Positions 19,937 to 29,847 are shown, counted from the first letter of the stretch. The stretch: DNA of 64,000 bases from Bacteroides fragilis (GCA_945889005.1 CAMDBI010000003.1:71814-135813); one strand, 5' to 3'. Made by a program: numbers and translations. Notes: generated from the letters alone by a model not told the origin.

Positions 19937-20230
19937 ATGATTAAAGCCAAGAAAATAGTCACTTTTTTCAAAAACAAATACATGCTTACAATGCTGTTTT
20001 TTGTTGTGTGGATTATTTTTTTCGATCAAAATAACCTGATCGATCGTTTTCAAAGTATACAAAAAAATCGTAGCTTAGAGAATGAAAAAACCTATTATCA
20101 GGAAAAAATTGAGGACGACAAGCGCAAGCTTAACGAGCTTCGTACCGATCGCGAAAATCTCGAAAAGTTTGCTCGCGAACAGTACTACATGAAAAAAGAC
20201 AATGAAGATATTTTTGTGTTGGTAGAATAA
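19937..20230 (+). CDS. Septum formation initiator family protein (FtsB/DivIC-like)
   Basis: 97 aa with one N-terminal TM helix followed by a coiled coil (YYQEKIEDDKRKLNELRTDRENLEKFAREQYYM). Confidence 0.7.
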   Translation: MIKAKKIVTFFKNKYMLTMLFFVVWIIFFDQNNLIDRFQSIQKNRSLENEKTYYQEKIEDDKRKLNELRTDRENLEKFAREQYYMKKDNEDIFVLVE

Positions 20231-20328
20231 TCACTTTCACTTATGTCACATATCTTGTTTTTTTATGTCTCATGTCTAATATCTCAATTCTTTTTTCTCA
20301 AATCTAAAAATCTCAAATATTTTTCACA

Positions 20329-20907
20329 ATGATTGAATACCTTTCAAAACTCGATCAATCTATATTCTTAACAATAAACGGTGCACACAACACATTTTTC
20401 GATTACATTATGTGGTGGGCTAGTGGCAAGCTTACATGGTTGCCTTTGTACCTGTTTCTTATATGGCTCTTGTACAAAAAAGCTGGGAAAGCAGTTTGGA
20501 TCTATTTAATAGCATTGTTTTTATTGATATTGATGAGCGATCAGGTATCGGTATTTATTAAAAATCTTACTGAGCGTTTTCGACCTTGTCACAACGAAGA
20601 GTTAAAAGGCATGGTGCATTTGCTCAAAAACAAATGTGGCGGCAAATATGGTTTTGTTTCGTCGCACGCAGCCAATACCTTTGCATTGGCTACTTTTATT
20701 ATTTTAACTTTAAGAAAACAATATTTAGTAATATTAATGCTGTCTTATGCTATTTTAGTATCGTATAGCAGAGTGTATCTAGGAAACCATTATCCATTCG
20801 ATGTTTTAGGCGGTGCATTATTAGGAATTATATGTGGCTTTTTCATTTATTATATAACAAATATTGCCTATATCCGCTTTAAGCCCAAGAGCCATGCTCA
20901 TCATTAG
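20329..20907 (+). CDS. PAP2-family phosphatase (membrane)
   Basis: PAP2 motifs KNLTERFRP, SSHAAN and SRVYLGNHYPFDV. Confidence 0.8.
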   Translation: MIEYLSKLDQSIFLTINGAHNTFFDYIMWWASGKLTWLPLYLFLIWLLYKKAGKAVWIYLIALFLLILMSDQVSVFIKNLTERFRPCHNEELKGMVHLLKNKCGGKYGFVSSHAANTFALATFIILTLRKQYLVILMLSYAILVSYSRVYLGNHYPFDVLGGALLGIICGFFIYYITNIAYIRFKPKSHAHH

Positions 20908-21844
20908 GAATAAGATAAACGACCCCTATTTCAATATAGCCTCTGAAGAATACTTGCTCAAAAGTTTCGACGACGATATTTTTATGCTATATATCAATGA
21001 ACCGTCGATTATTGTAGGAAAGCATCAAAATACACTGGCCGAAATTAATTATTGTTATGTAAAAGAAAATAATATTTCGGTCATAAGACGTATTTCGGGC
21101 GGAGGAACTGTTTTTCACGATTTGGGAAATGTCAATTTTCTTTTTATAAAGAATGGGAGAGATGGCCATTTGGTCGACTTCAAAGGTTTTACAGAGCCAA
21201 TTATTGAGGTTTTGCAGTCATTAGGTATCGATGCGCGCTTCGAAGGCAAGAACGATATTAGGGTAAATGGCTTAAAGATTTCGGGAAATGCCGAGCATGT
21301 ATTCAAAAACAGGACGCTGCATCATGGAACCCTTTTGTTTTCTTCAAATTTGGATTTTCTCAACGAGGCAATTCGGGTCGATGCAGATAAATATCAAAGT
21401 AAGGCTGTGCAATCGAACCGTAGCAATGTAACTAATATTGCACTTCAACTTGCTAGCGATTTGTCTATTGATCGTTTTATGGATTTAATATACAATCAAA
21501 TAGAGAAAAAACAAAATTGTGAACTTTATGAATGGTCCGACAATGACTGGGAAGCCATTATTAAGCTAAAAGAAGAAAAATACGAAACCTGGGATTGGAA
21601 TTATGGATATTCAACTCAATACACCATTACTCGCGAAATTAAAATTGACCATGAAGAGCTGTTATTTAAACTAACTGTCGATAAAGGTATTATTATCGAT
21701 GTTTTTGTCAAAACTAGCCTCATGAATGAAGAATTGGCGTTGCTCTCGCTCAAAGGCTGCAAACATAAGGAAGAGGATATGTTGCACAAGTTGGAACAAA
21801 CTAATTCCGGACGATTGAAAGAATTTGTTTTCGAATTGTTCTAA
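20894..21844 (+). CDS. lplA: Lipoate-protein ligase
   Basis: Motifs NIASEEYLL, RRISGGGTVFHDLGN and KISGNA. ATG 20894 overlaps the PAP2 gene end by 14 nt and is preferred to 20864. Confidence 0.85.
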   Translation: MLIIRNKINDPYFNIASEEYLLKSFDDDIFMLYINEPSIIVGKHQNTLAEINYCYVKENNISVIRRISGGGTVFHDLGNVNFLFIKNGRDGHLVDFKGFTEPIIEVLQSLGIDARFEGKNDIRVNGLKISGNAEHVFKNRTLHHGTLLFSSNLDFLNEAIRVDADKYQSKAVQSNRSNVTNIALQLASDLSIDRFMDLIYNQIEKKQNCELYEWSDNDWEAIIKLKEEKYETWDWNYGYSTQYTITREIKIDHEELLFKLTVDKGIIIDVFVKTSLMNEELALLSLKGCKHKEEDMLHKLEQTNSGRLKEFVFELF

Positions 21845-21859
21845 TATTCATAATATTTA

Positions 21860-21901
21860 TCAATTATCAATTGTCAATTGTCAATTGTCAATTGTCAATT
21901 G
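21860..21901. repeat. Heptamer tandem repeat (TCAATTG)x6, first unit degenerate
   Basis: TCAATTA TCAATTG x5, read directly. It fills the spacer between the convergent lplA and parE stops. Each unit contains the palindrome CAATTG. Confidence 0.9.
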
Positions 21902-21902
21902 T

Positions 21903-23747
21903 TTACGCCACCGCATCTACCAAATCAAGCTCTATTTTAAGATTGTCAATTATAAATTCTTGGCGTTGTGGTGTATTTTTGCCCATGTAGAATTCCAACA
22001 AATCGTGTATTAAGTCTTCTTTTTTGAGGCGAACGGGGTCGAGGCGTATGTCTTTGCCAATAAAATGCTTGAATTCGTCTGGCGAAATTTCTCCCAAACC
22101 TTTGAAACGTGTAATTTCTGGATTTTTACCCACCGATTTAATTGCTTTTTCGCGTTCTTGGTCGCTGTAACAATAAAAAGTTTTGGTTTTATTGCGAACC
22201 CTGAAAAGGGGAGTTTGAAGTATATACAAATGGCCTTTGCGCACCAAATCGGGGAAAAACTGCAAAAAGAAGGTAATGAGCAACAGCCTGATGTGCATAC
22301 CATCGACATCGGCATCGGTTGCAATTACCACGTTGTTGTAGCGCAGGTCGTCTATGCCTTCCTCAATATTTAAAGCTGCCTGAAGCAGGTTGAATTCCTC
22401 ATTTTCGTATACAATTTTTTTGGTGAGTCCATATGTATTGAGGGGTTTGCCTTTGAGGCTAAAAACTGCTTGTGTACCCACATCGCGCGATTTTGTAATA
22501 GAGCCGCTTGCCGAATCGCCTTCGGTAATAAAAAGGGTGGTTTCGAGCTTGCGAACATCGTTGCTGTTGAGGTGAATGCGGCAGTCGCGAAGTTTTTTGT
22601 TGTGCAGATTCGATTTTTTGGCACGTTCGCGGGCTAACTTTTGTACACCCGAAATGGCTTTTCGCTCTTTCTCGTTGTCCTGAATTTTGTGAAGCAATGC
22701 ATCGGCAACATCGGGGTGTTTGTGCAGGTAGTCGTCAAGTGTTTTTTTCAGAAAATCGCTAATAAATTTTGAAACCGTTACTCCGTTGGGAGCTATATCT
22801 TTGGAGCCCAGCTTGGTTTTGGTTTGCGACTCAAATACAGGCTCTTGAACCTTTACGCTTATTGCCGCAACAATGGAGCTACGAATATCCGATGCTTCAA
22901 AATCTTTGCGGTAAAATTCGCGAATCACTTTTACATAGGCTTCTTTGAATGCCTGCAAGTGTGTGCCGCCTTGTGTGGTGTGCTGTCCGTTTACAAAACT
23001 GAAATAATCTTCGCCATACTCGTTGTTGTGGGTGAGAGCTACTTCAATATCGGGCCCTTTGATGTGAATGAGCGGATATAAGCCTGGTTCGCTCATCGAT
23101 TCGGTTAGCAGATCGTACAAGCCGTTTTTCGAGAAAAATTTATTGTCGTTAAAACTTATGGTTAGTCCCGAGTTGAGGTACGAATAGTTCTTGAGCATGT
23201 TTTCGACATACTCATTAATAAAATGGAAATTTCCAAAAAGCTCTTCGTCGGGATGGAATATAACCTCTGTTCCGTTAGGTTCGGTTGTGGGTGCTTCGGG
23301 GTTGTTTTCGACAACGTTACCGCCCGAATATACTATTTTTTTGACCATTTTTTCACGATACGAAAGTATGGTAAAGTTTGAAGAAAGAGCATTCACGGCT
23401 TTTATACCTACTCCATTGAGCCCAACTGACTTAATAAAGGTGTTCGAGTCGTATTTAGCGCCGGTATTCATTTTCGATGAAGCATCGAGCAGTTTCCCGA
23501 GCGGAATACCGCGTCCAAAGTCGCGAACACGGACTATACGGTCGTGTATATTAATTATGATTTCTTTGCCATTGCCCATGGCATATTCGTCGATAGAGTT
23601 GTCAATAACTTCTTTTATAAGAATATAGATGCCGTCGTCTGGCGAGGCTCCATCGCCAAGTTTGCCGATATACATACCAGGTCTGAGGCGTATATGCTCG
23701 TTCCATGCTAAACTCCGTATACTATCTTCTGAATAGGCTGCACTCAT
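21903..23747 (-). CDS. parE: DNA topoisomerase IV subunit B (type IIA topoisomerase ATPase subunit)
   Basis: 614 aa. GHKL motifs ([28 protein letters not shown]) and Toprim motifs ([21 protein letters not shown]). The size fits ParE rather than GyrB. Confidence 0.85.
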   Translation of the reverse strand: MSAAYSEDSIRSLAWNEHIRLRPGMYIGKLGDGASPDDGIYILIKEVIDNSIDEYAMGNGKEIIINIHDRIVRVRDFGRGIPLGKLLDASSKMNTGAKYDSNTFIKSVGLNGVGIKAVNALSSNFTILSYREKMVKKIVYSGGNVVENNPEAPTTEPNGTEVIFHPDEELFGNFHFINEYVENMLKNYSYLNSGLTISFNDNKFFSKNGLYDLLTESMSEPGLYPLIHIKGPDIEVALTHNNEYGEDYFSFVNGQHTTQGGTHLQAFKEAYVKVIREFYRKDFEASDIRSSIVAAISVKVQEPVFESQTKTKLGSKDIAPNGVTVSKFISDFLKKTLDDYLHKHPDVADALLHKIQDNEKERKAISGVQKLARERAKKSNLHNKKLRDCRIHLNSNDVRKLETTLFITEGDSASGSITKSRDVGTQAVFSLKGKPLNTYGLTKKIVYENEEFNLLQAALNIEEGIDDLRYNNVVIATDADVDGMHIRLLLITFFLQFFPDLVRKGHLYILQTPLFRVRNKTKTFYCYSDQEREKAIKSVGKNPEITRFKGLGEISPDEFKHFIGKDIRLDPVRLKKEDLIHDLLEFYMGKNTPQRQEFIIDNLKIELDLVDAVA

Positions 23748-23943
23748 TTTTCGCTTTTTTAAACATACAAATGTATAGAAAAGAAACTGGCAGTGTTAAT
23801 TTGTTTTTCAACACAGCCTGTTAATACAATTGTTAAAAAAGCTTTATTTTTTGCTTAGTATTGTTGGGTGTCAATATCTGTAAAGTCAAACTTCTTTAAA
23901 ATGGCAAGCTAATCTTTATCATTTAAGCCATTTTGTTAGGCAA

Positions 23944-25416
23944 TTACTGAAATGTGCTTGTGGATTTTATAATTTCGACTTCAAATATTATGTTTCTGTC
24001 CCAGTGTTCCCAATACTTTAAAGCATTTTGGCGGATGAGTGACCAGTAGTTTTCGTCGGCTAAACCAAATTGGCTTATGCCTTTGTGTATGTCTGCTTTT
24101 ATTTGTGCAAGGTATTCGGGTTTTAATGTAATTTTAATAGTTTGATCTTTGTATATGAATATGGCTGTAGGTTTTGTTATGGTGTCACTATCGATTTTTA
24201 TTGTTCCCTGACCTAAGGTAGCACCTGTGCTAACTTGTATGCCATCGTTCATACAACTGTATGGTGGTTTTATTCCGGCATAACTAACTACATTAAGTAA
24301 GTCGGTGCCTATTCCAAAATAGTCGCGAGCTCTTATTCCCATTTTTGCACCAACTATCGAGAAAACTCCAAGGTGTCCGTGAAATTCATCGGTCAACACA
24401 CCTGCTTTCCATTCTTCCAATCCATAACGATTAATTGCCGAATCCATCATTAATCGTACATCGTATGTATACAACTCGCGGTTTAACGGAAATCCATACA
24501 ATGCAACGAATTCACCTGCTTTGTATTTATCCGTAATAATATCTTTCAAAACCTCTTTTACTGCATTGTTGTTGTAGTTTGAGTTATAGCGAACGTTGTT
24601 GTATTTTTTCGATGGTTCAATTGTAAACAATTCGGGGTTGGTTAGAAATACTGCAACCAATTCGTCCCATAGTTTGAAATGCTTTTGTTGTATTTTTTTT
24701 AAAGCTAAAGGTTGCTTGTGTGCTTTATATAAAACGTTTGACAATAGCGTGTTAGAATTTTTGCAAATATTATACAGAGAAGTGTCAAATACTGCTTCTG
24801 TATTGTCGAGGTTGGATATTAAGTTTATTTTAATTTTAGAATCAAATGTTGTTTTTACTGCCGTTGTATCACATTCATAATTAAAGCCTCTAAGTGGATT
24901 TTCTGATTCGTTGTACCAAACCAAGTCTTCGATTTTGCTTATTATTTTTGAATTGGTATTGATAAGTTGTGCTACATTGTTCAAAGGGCCTAGGCATATA
25001 AGCGTAAGTTGTTCCGAAGATGTATTTATAATTTCGGTTATTTGTTGCAAAGATGCATAATTTCCAGATTGGGGCATTGCGCTGCCCCATTGTAATTGCT
25101 GGTTAAACTGTCTCCATTCCGGATTAATCTCTTTTAGTCGATTGCCACACATAACGGGAATGGAGTCAGCGAAAAACTCGTGCAACAACGATTTTACTTT
25201 TAATGCTCCTTCGTTGGGAGGCAACGAACCATCGGAAACCATTATTGCTTTAATTGTTATATTGGAAAGCGATAGCAAAATACTAATTGCTCGCATATCG
25301 TCGATGGCACAGTCGGTATCGACGATAATGCTGTGTTTGTAATGCGAATGCAATGGGCTTGCATTTATTTTTACTATTAGAAATATAAGTAGGGCTATAA
25401 TGCAGCGATTCTTCAT
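23944..25416 (-). CDS. Secreted fusion protein: inosine/uridine-preferring nucleoside hydrolase-like domain + FmdE/FwdE-like domain
   Basis: Signal peptide, then the IUNH motif IIVDTDCAIDDMRAI at the N-terminus. The C-terminal FmdE-like motifs are FHGHLGVFSIVGAKMG and SCMNDGIQVSTGATLGQG. Confidence 0.65.
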   Translation of the reverse strand: MKNRCIIALLIFLIVKINASPLHSHYKHSIIVDTDCAIDDMRAISILLSLSNITIKAIMVSDGSLPPNEGALKVKSLLHEFFADSIPVMCGNRLKEINPEWRQFNQQLQWGSAMPQSGNYASLQQITEIINTSSEQLTLICLGPLNNVAQLINTNSKIISKIEDLVWYNESENPLRGFNYECDTTAVKTTFDSKIKINLISNLDNTEAVFDTSLYNICKNSNTLLSNVLYKAHKQPLALKKIQQKHFKLWDELVAVFLTNPELFTIEPSKKYNNVRYNSNYNNNAVKEVLKDIITDKYKAGEFVALYGFPLNRELYTYDVRLMMDSAINRYGLEEWKAGVLTDEFHGHLGVFSIVGAKMGIRARDYFGIGTDLLNVVSYAGIKPPYSCMNDGIQVSTGATLGQGTIKIDSDTITKPTAIFIYKDQTIKITLKPEYLAQIKADIHKGISQFGLADENYWSLIRQNALKYWEHWDRNIIFEVEIIKSTSTFQ

Positions 25417-25446
25417 AATTACAAGTATTAATCTGTTTTTTATTTA

Positions 25447-27300
25447 TTAAAATCTAAAATGTGTTCCGCCAAATGCTGTAACACCAGGCATGGTATAATA
25501 CCTGTTTGTTTCGTATTTTTGATTCAAAAAGTTTTCTGCACTAACGAATATTTCGGCGTATTTCCATATTTTATAAGATATTTTTGTATTTATGAGGGTG
25601 TAATTTTGAAAATGCACTATTGTCGATGGATCTGTATCAAGATGGTTTATATACTGGATACTTGCCATAACCGATAATTTATTCCAATTATACCTAAAAC
25701 TTGAAAAAAGTTGGTGTTTGGGGGTTGCATAAACAGGGTTTCTCATGTCGATATAGCTATATGTAACTGTTAATGAAATGTTTTGTTGAAGTTTGATATT
25801 TGCAGCAAATTCAATTCCTTTGTTCTCAAGCACGCCTACATTTTGTAGTCCTTTTAACGGCACATTTACGATGAGGTTATCGCCTTTTACAATAAATCCA
25901 GTAAGTTCAATGTTGAGTTTGGTATTTAAGTATGATTGCAGGATTCCGGTTTCATAGCACATTATATTTTCCGGTTTAAGATTGGGATTGTGGTTCCACA
26001 TAAAAAGTTCTTGTATGGTAGGGCTTCGAAAACCTTTAGAAATCGATACTTTCCAAGTGGTTTTAGGGGCAACAGTGTAGGCAAATCCTCCAGAAGGAAC
26101 CCAATGTTTTCCGTAAACTTCATGGTTTTGTAAACGTATTCCTGCATTTAGGGTGAGTTTTTCGAACAATCTTTGTTGCACGAATCCATATACTGCTGCT
26201 TCGTAAACAGTAGTATCTTTATGCACTATACCTTTTCCTGCCATTGCCAGTTCATTTTGTGCAATTCCGCCATAATTTATATAGTCGACACCCAATGATA
26301 TATTATTTCCCTCAAATAGATTAGCTGTTTCGTGAATATTAAATCCATAATTGGCATCGTTTGAATGAAAATTATCTTGAATAGTTTTTCCGGAGATTTT
26401 ATGTTCACCGAAATTGTAAAAGAGCTTGGTTACTCCGGAAAGTTTCTCGTATTCATTTTCTAAATCAAATGCCCAATAACCGCGAACAATGTCAAGATTG
26501 TTGCCTTTTTGAGCGTTAACTGTATCGGGTCCCGGGTCAGTGGCCTTGAAGTGGGCAATACTAAAATCGGAAGTTGCACGAAAATGCTGATTGAATTCAT
26601 AGCCCATTTTAATATAGCCATTGTTTATGTTGAATTCGGAGTTGGAACGGTGTCCGTTAGTTTGGTCGTGGTTTGTCGAAGCAAAAATGCTTAGCTTGTT
26701 CTTTTTAAAGCCTCCAGCTGCCATGTATTTTTGAGTGTTGAACGAACCATACATTAGCTTGGCATTTCCGTGAAAGCCTTCTGATGTTTGTTCGCGGGTA
26801 ATAATGTTGATAATGCCTCCCATTGCATTTGACCCATAAAGTATGGAGGCCGGTCCTCGTATGACCTCGACTTTCTCCACATCTGAAGCAACATAAGAGT
26901 CGGCTAATGGATGACCGAATATTCCCATAAACTGAGGATGTCCATCTATCAACATAAGTACTCCTGTGGTTGGGCTACCGCCAATACCACGCATGCTTAT
27001 TTGTCCGGCTGCCCCTGCTGCAACGCCAAAACCTGTTACTCCTCGTTCGGTTACATACAGACCGGGGACGCGACCGTTCAGAACCGGCAATATAGCCGAT
27101 TCGCTGCTTTCAGATATTTGATCGTGGGTTACTACCGTTACTGCCATTGGTACATTGTTTTTGTTCACTTTTACGGGTGAACCAGTTACAATAATCTCTT
27201 CGAGGTTAATAGTGTCCTTAATTGGTTTTGTGTTTTCTTGAGACAATACTGAAAGTATTGTAAAAGAGGATGTAATAATGATAAGAGATAGTTTGTTCAT
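25447..27300 (-). CDS. TonB-dependent receptor (BtuB/CirA size class)
   Basis: 617 aa with a signal peptide. Plug motifs (EEIIVTGSP, NGRVPGL, IRG..S.LYGSNAMGGIINI), a beta-barrel, and terminal F. Confidence 0.9.
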   Translation of the reverse strand: MNKLSLIIITSSFTILSVLSQENTKPIKDTINLEEIIVTGSPVKVNKNNVPMAVTVVTHDQISESSESAILPVLNGRVPGLYVTERGVTGFGVAAGAAGQISMRGIGGSPTTGVLMLIDGHPQFMGIFGHPLADSYVASDVEKVEVIRGPASILYGSNAMGGIINIITREQTSEGFHGNAKLMYGSFNTQKYMAAGGFKKNKLSIFASTNHDQTNGHRSNSEFNINNGYIKMGYEFNQHFRATSDFSIAHFKATDPGPDTVNAQKGNNLDIVRGYWAFDLENEYEKLSGVTKLFYNFGEHKISGKTIQDNFHSNDANYGFNIHETANLFEGNNISLGVDYINYGGIAQNELAMAGKGIVHKDTTVYEAAVYGFVQQRLFEKLTLNAGIRLQNHEVYGKHWVPSGGFAYTVAPKTTWKVSISKGFRSPTIQELFMWNHNPNLKPENIMCYETGILQSYLNTKLNIELTGFIVKGDNLIVNVPLKGLQNVGVLENKGIEFAANIKLQQNISLTVTYSYIDMRNPVYATPKHQLFSSFRYNWNKLSVMASIQYINHLDTDPSTIVHFQNYTLINTKISYKIWKYAEIFVSAENFLNQKYETNRYYTMPGVTAFGGTHFRF

Positions 27301-27365
27301 GTTTTTTGATTGTTTAATGTTGTTACGTATTTTGAAAAACGTGTTACTGTTAATTTAAAAAAATA

Positions 27366-27767
27366 TTAATCGGTTTTGCTCATTACTAGTTTGCCATGTT
27401 TAATGCCTTTGATGGATATTAGTTTATCGGATAGTTCGGTTAGTTTGTTAGCAGTACCTTTAACTACAATAATTTCTAAACACATATCGTGGTTTAGATG
27501 ATAGTGCTGTGTAGAAAGTATTGCATCAAAGTATTCATGTTGAATATCATTTAATTTTGTGACAATTTCCTTCTTCTGATGTTCAAAAAGCAATACGACT
27601 GCACCAGCAACCACATTATTGCATTGCCATTTTTTTTCTACAATGTTTTTTTCAATCAAATGTCGGACTGCTTGTGAGCGGTTTGCAAAATTATTATCGA
27701 CAACATATTTATCTAATGCTATCAGCAAATCTTCTTCCAAGCTAACACCAAAACGAGACACAGGCAT
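27366..27767 (-). CDS. nikR: Nickel-responsive transcriptional regulator NikR
   Basis: N-terminal ribbon-helix-helix (RFGVSLEEDLLIALDKYV). The C-terminal domain carries H-x10-H-x-H-x5-C (HEYFDAILSTQHYHLNHDMC), identical in spacing to the E. coli NikR high-affinity Ni site (H76/H87/H89/C95). Confidence 0.88.
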   Translation of the reverse strand: MPVSRFGVSLEEDLLIALDKYVVDNNFANRSQAVRHLIEKNIVEKKWQCNNVVAGAVVLLFEHQKKEIVTKLNDIQHEYFDAILSTQHYHLNHDMCLEIIVVKGTANKLTELSDKLISIKGIKHGKLVMSKTD

Positions 27768-27795
27768 AATAATACTTATATTTAATTTCGTGCTA

Positions 27796-27803
27796 CAAAA
27801 ATA
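27796..27803 (-). promoter_or_regulatory. Candidate -7 box (TATTTTTG on the minus strand) for the nikR operon
   Basis: The plus strand reads CAAAAATA, 29 nt upstream of the nikR ATG. Confidence 0.35.
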
Positions 27804-27815
27804 TATTTTTTTAAA

Positions 27816-27850
27816 AGAATTATTTTAATTCTAGAAATAAACATAATTCT
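27816..27850. promoter_or_regulatory. Three TAATTCT heptads (one inverted): candidate operator upstream of nikR
   Basis: AGAATTA-TTT-TAATTCT is a perfect palindrome at 27816-27832, and a third TAATTCT lies at 27844-27850. The palindrome lies over the expected -33 region. Confidence 0.3.
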
Positions 27851-28164
27851 ACTTAGACAGATTTGCAATGTCTTTTTAATAGCCGCTTAGCGGCGAAATA
27901 TTATTTCGGTGCTATGTGGCTTAATAATTTTGGTATATTATCTTTCTACAAAGATGTAGCAACTAATTTGCTTTTATTAAACTATGTTTTTGTCTTATTC
28001 GATATTATGTATATAGCTTTCATTTTGTTTAATCTGTCAAAGTTGAAATAAATAGTTAACTAAAAACTCTCAAATGACAGATCATTTTCGAAAAAAATGA
28101 TTAACTTGTATGTATTAAAAAAAATTATTACATGTCTTTAGCTTAAATTTTTAATTAATAAACT

Positions 28165-29622
28165 ATGGCACGAATTGTAGTACTTGGTTCAGGAGTGGCT
28201 GGACATACAGCATCGGCATACCTCCGAAGGTGGTTAAATAAATCGCATGAAGTTATTGTTGTTTCTCCAAATTCATATTATCAGTGGATTCCTTCAAATA
28301 TATGGGTAGGAGTAGGAAGAATGACGGTAGATCAGATTCGTTTTAAGTTGGCACCATTATACAAACGTTGGAAAATTGACTTTAAGCAGGCTAAAGCAAT
28401 ATCTATTAATCCCGAAGGAAATGACCAAATTTCTAAAGGATTTGTGAGTATTGAATATATTGATGATGCTCGAAAAGGGCAAACAGAAAATGTTGAATAC
28501 GATTTTTTGGTAAATGCGACCGGACCGAAATTGAATTTTGAAGCCATTGAAGGTCTCGGGCCCGGCAAAAACACGGTGTCGGTATGTACTTATTCGCATG
28601 CTGCCGAAGCATGGGAAAAACTAAAGGTTTGTATCGAAAATATGAAAAATGGTGAACGACAAAAATTTGTAATTGGCACTGGTAGTGCAACTTCGACTTG
28701 TCAAGGGGCTGCTTTTGAATATATTCTTAATGTTGAAAACGAGATTAGAAGTCGTAACCTTCGCCACATGGCAGATATTACATGGATTTCTAACGAATAT
28801 GAAATGGGCGATTTTGGAATGGGAGGAGCTTTCTTGCAAAAGGGAGGATATGTTACTTCAACTAAAATATTTACCGAATCGTTTTTTGTCGAAAGAGATA
28901 TTCGATGGATTAAGCGGGCTGGTGTTTATAAAGTTGAGCCAGGAAAAATCTTTTATGAAAATTTGGATGGAGAATACCTCGAAGAATCGTTCGATTTTGC
29001 CATGTTGATTCCCGGATTTGCCGGACATGATATAAAAGCTTTCGATATGCATAATTTCGATATTACAAGCAAAATATTTGCTCCTAATGGTTTTATGCGG
29101 GTCGATGCCGACTATTCGGCAAAAGCTTACGAAGACTGGAGTGTAAACGATTGGCCTTCGACTTATCAAAATCCCATTTATGCAAATATGTTTGCTGCAG
29201 GCATTGCATTTGCGCCGCCTCATGCAATATCTAAACCCATGAAGAGTAAAAATGGCACTTTAATTTCGCCGGCTCCACCACGTACGGGTATGCCATCGGG
29301 GGTAATTGGAAAAATTGTAGCCAAAAATATTGCCGAATGGATCAAAAGCGGACAGCCTCTTATGAAGCATAAAGCATCTATGGGGCGCATGGGGGCTGCT
29401 TGTATTGTTTCGGCAGGCTATGGTCTTGCTCGCGGCAATGCAGCTACCATGACTGTTTCGCCCATTGTTCCCGATTGGGAAAAATATCCAGAATGGGGAC
29501 GCGATATTAAATACACAATGGGCGAACCTGGGCTTGCAGGTCATTGGATGAAACTTTTTATGCATTACATGTTTTTACACAAGGCAAAAGGTTATCCATT
29601 TTGGTATTTACTGCCCGAGTAA
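28165..29622 (+). CDS. sqr: FAD-dependent pyridine nucleotide-disulfide oxidoreductase, sulfide:quinone oxidoreductase-like
   Basis: 485 aa. N-terminal Rossmann motif VVLGSGVAGHTAS, Cys motifs TSTCQGAAFEY and GAACIVSAG, and an amphipathic C-terminal tail. Confidence 0.6.
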   Translation: MARIVVLGSGVAGHTASAYLRRWLNKSHEVIVVSPNSYYQWIPSNIWVGVGRMTVDQIRFKLAPLYKRWKIDFKQAKAISINPEGNDQISKGFVSIEYIDDARKGQTENVEYDFLVNATGPKLNFEAIEGLGPGKNTVSVCTYSHAAEAWEKLKVCIENMKNGERQKFVIGTGSATSTCQGAAFEYILNVENEIRSRNLRHMADITWISNEYEMGDFGMGGAFLQKGGYVTSTKIFTESFFVERDIRWIKRAGVYKVEPGKIFYENLDGEYLEESFDFAMLIPGFAGHDIKAFDMHNFDITSKIFAPNGFMRVDADYSAKAYEDWSVNDWPSTYQNPIYANMFAAGIAFAPPHAISKPMKSKNGTLISPAPPRTGMPSGVIGKIVAKNIAEWIKSGQPLMKHKASMGRMGAACIVSAGYGLARGNAATMTVSPIVPDWEKYPEWGRDIKYTMGEPGLAGHWMKLFMHYMFLHKAKGYPFWYLLPE

Positions 29623-29694
29623 GTCATAACTGTTTTGTTTACATGTAATTAAATGGCTTAATGATTCGTTATTAATTTCTAAAAACAGATACAA

Positions 29695-29847
29695 ATGAAA
29701 ACTACAAGAGGATATACCCAAGATTATTATAGTCCGATGCCAACAAAATCGACCCTCTTTTGGCGCAATTTTATTCCTTGGCAAATGCTGCGGTTTATTA
29801 TTTTAAATCTAAAAATCTTAAAAATTGTTGTTAAAGGGCATTCATAG
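29695..29847 (+). CDS. Hypothetical 50-aa protein with a hydrophobic/amphipathic C-terminal half
   Basis: The unannotated ORF MKTTRGYTQDYYSPMPTKSTLFWRNFIPWQMLRFIILNLKILKIVVKGHS lies 72 nt after the SQR-like gene. No family recognised. Confidence 0.3.
   Translation: MKTTRGYTQDYYSPMPTKSTLFWRNFIPWQMLRFIILNLKILKIVVKGHS

Noticed and set aside
20231-20328. Word-like repeats (ATGTC x3, ATCTCAA x3) between the ftsB-like and PAP2 genes
   Set aside because: The repeats are short and imperfect, in low-complexity AT-rich spacer, with no consistent period or palindrome. They are noted only as part of the general style of spacers in this genome.
27863-28051. 62-aa ORF in the nikR / sqr-like spacer
   Set aside because: Its composition is hydrophobic low-complexity typical of AT-rich non-coding DNA. 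It has no plausible promoter context and lies in a divergent promoter region.
28081-28101. ATCATTTT-N5-AAAATGAT inverted repeat upstream of the SQR-like gene as a possible sulfide-responsive operator
   Set aside because: The palindrome is made of A/T runs, no cognate regulator (CstR/SqrR/BigR-like) is encoded nearby, and it could easily arise by chance.
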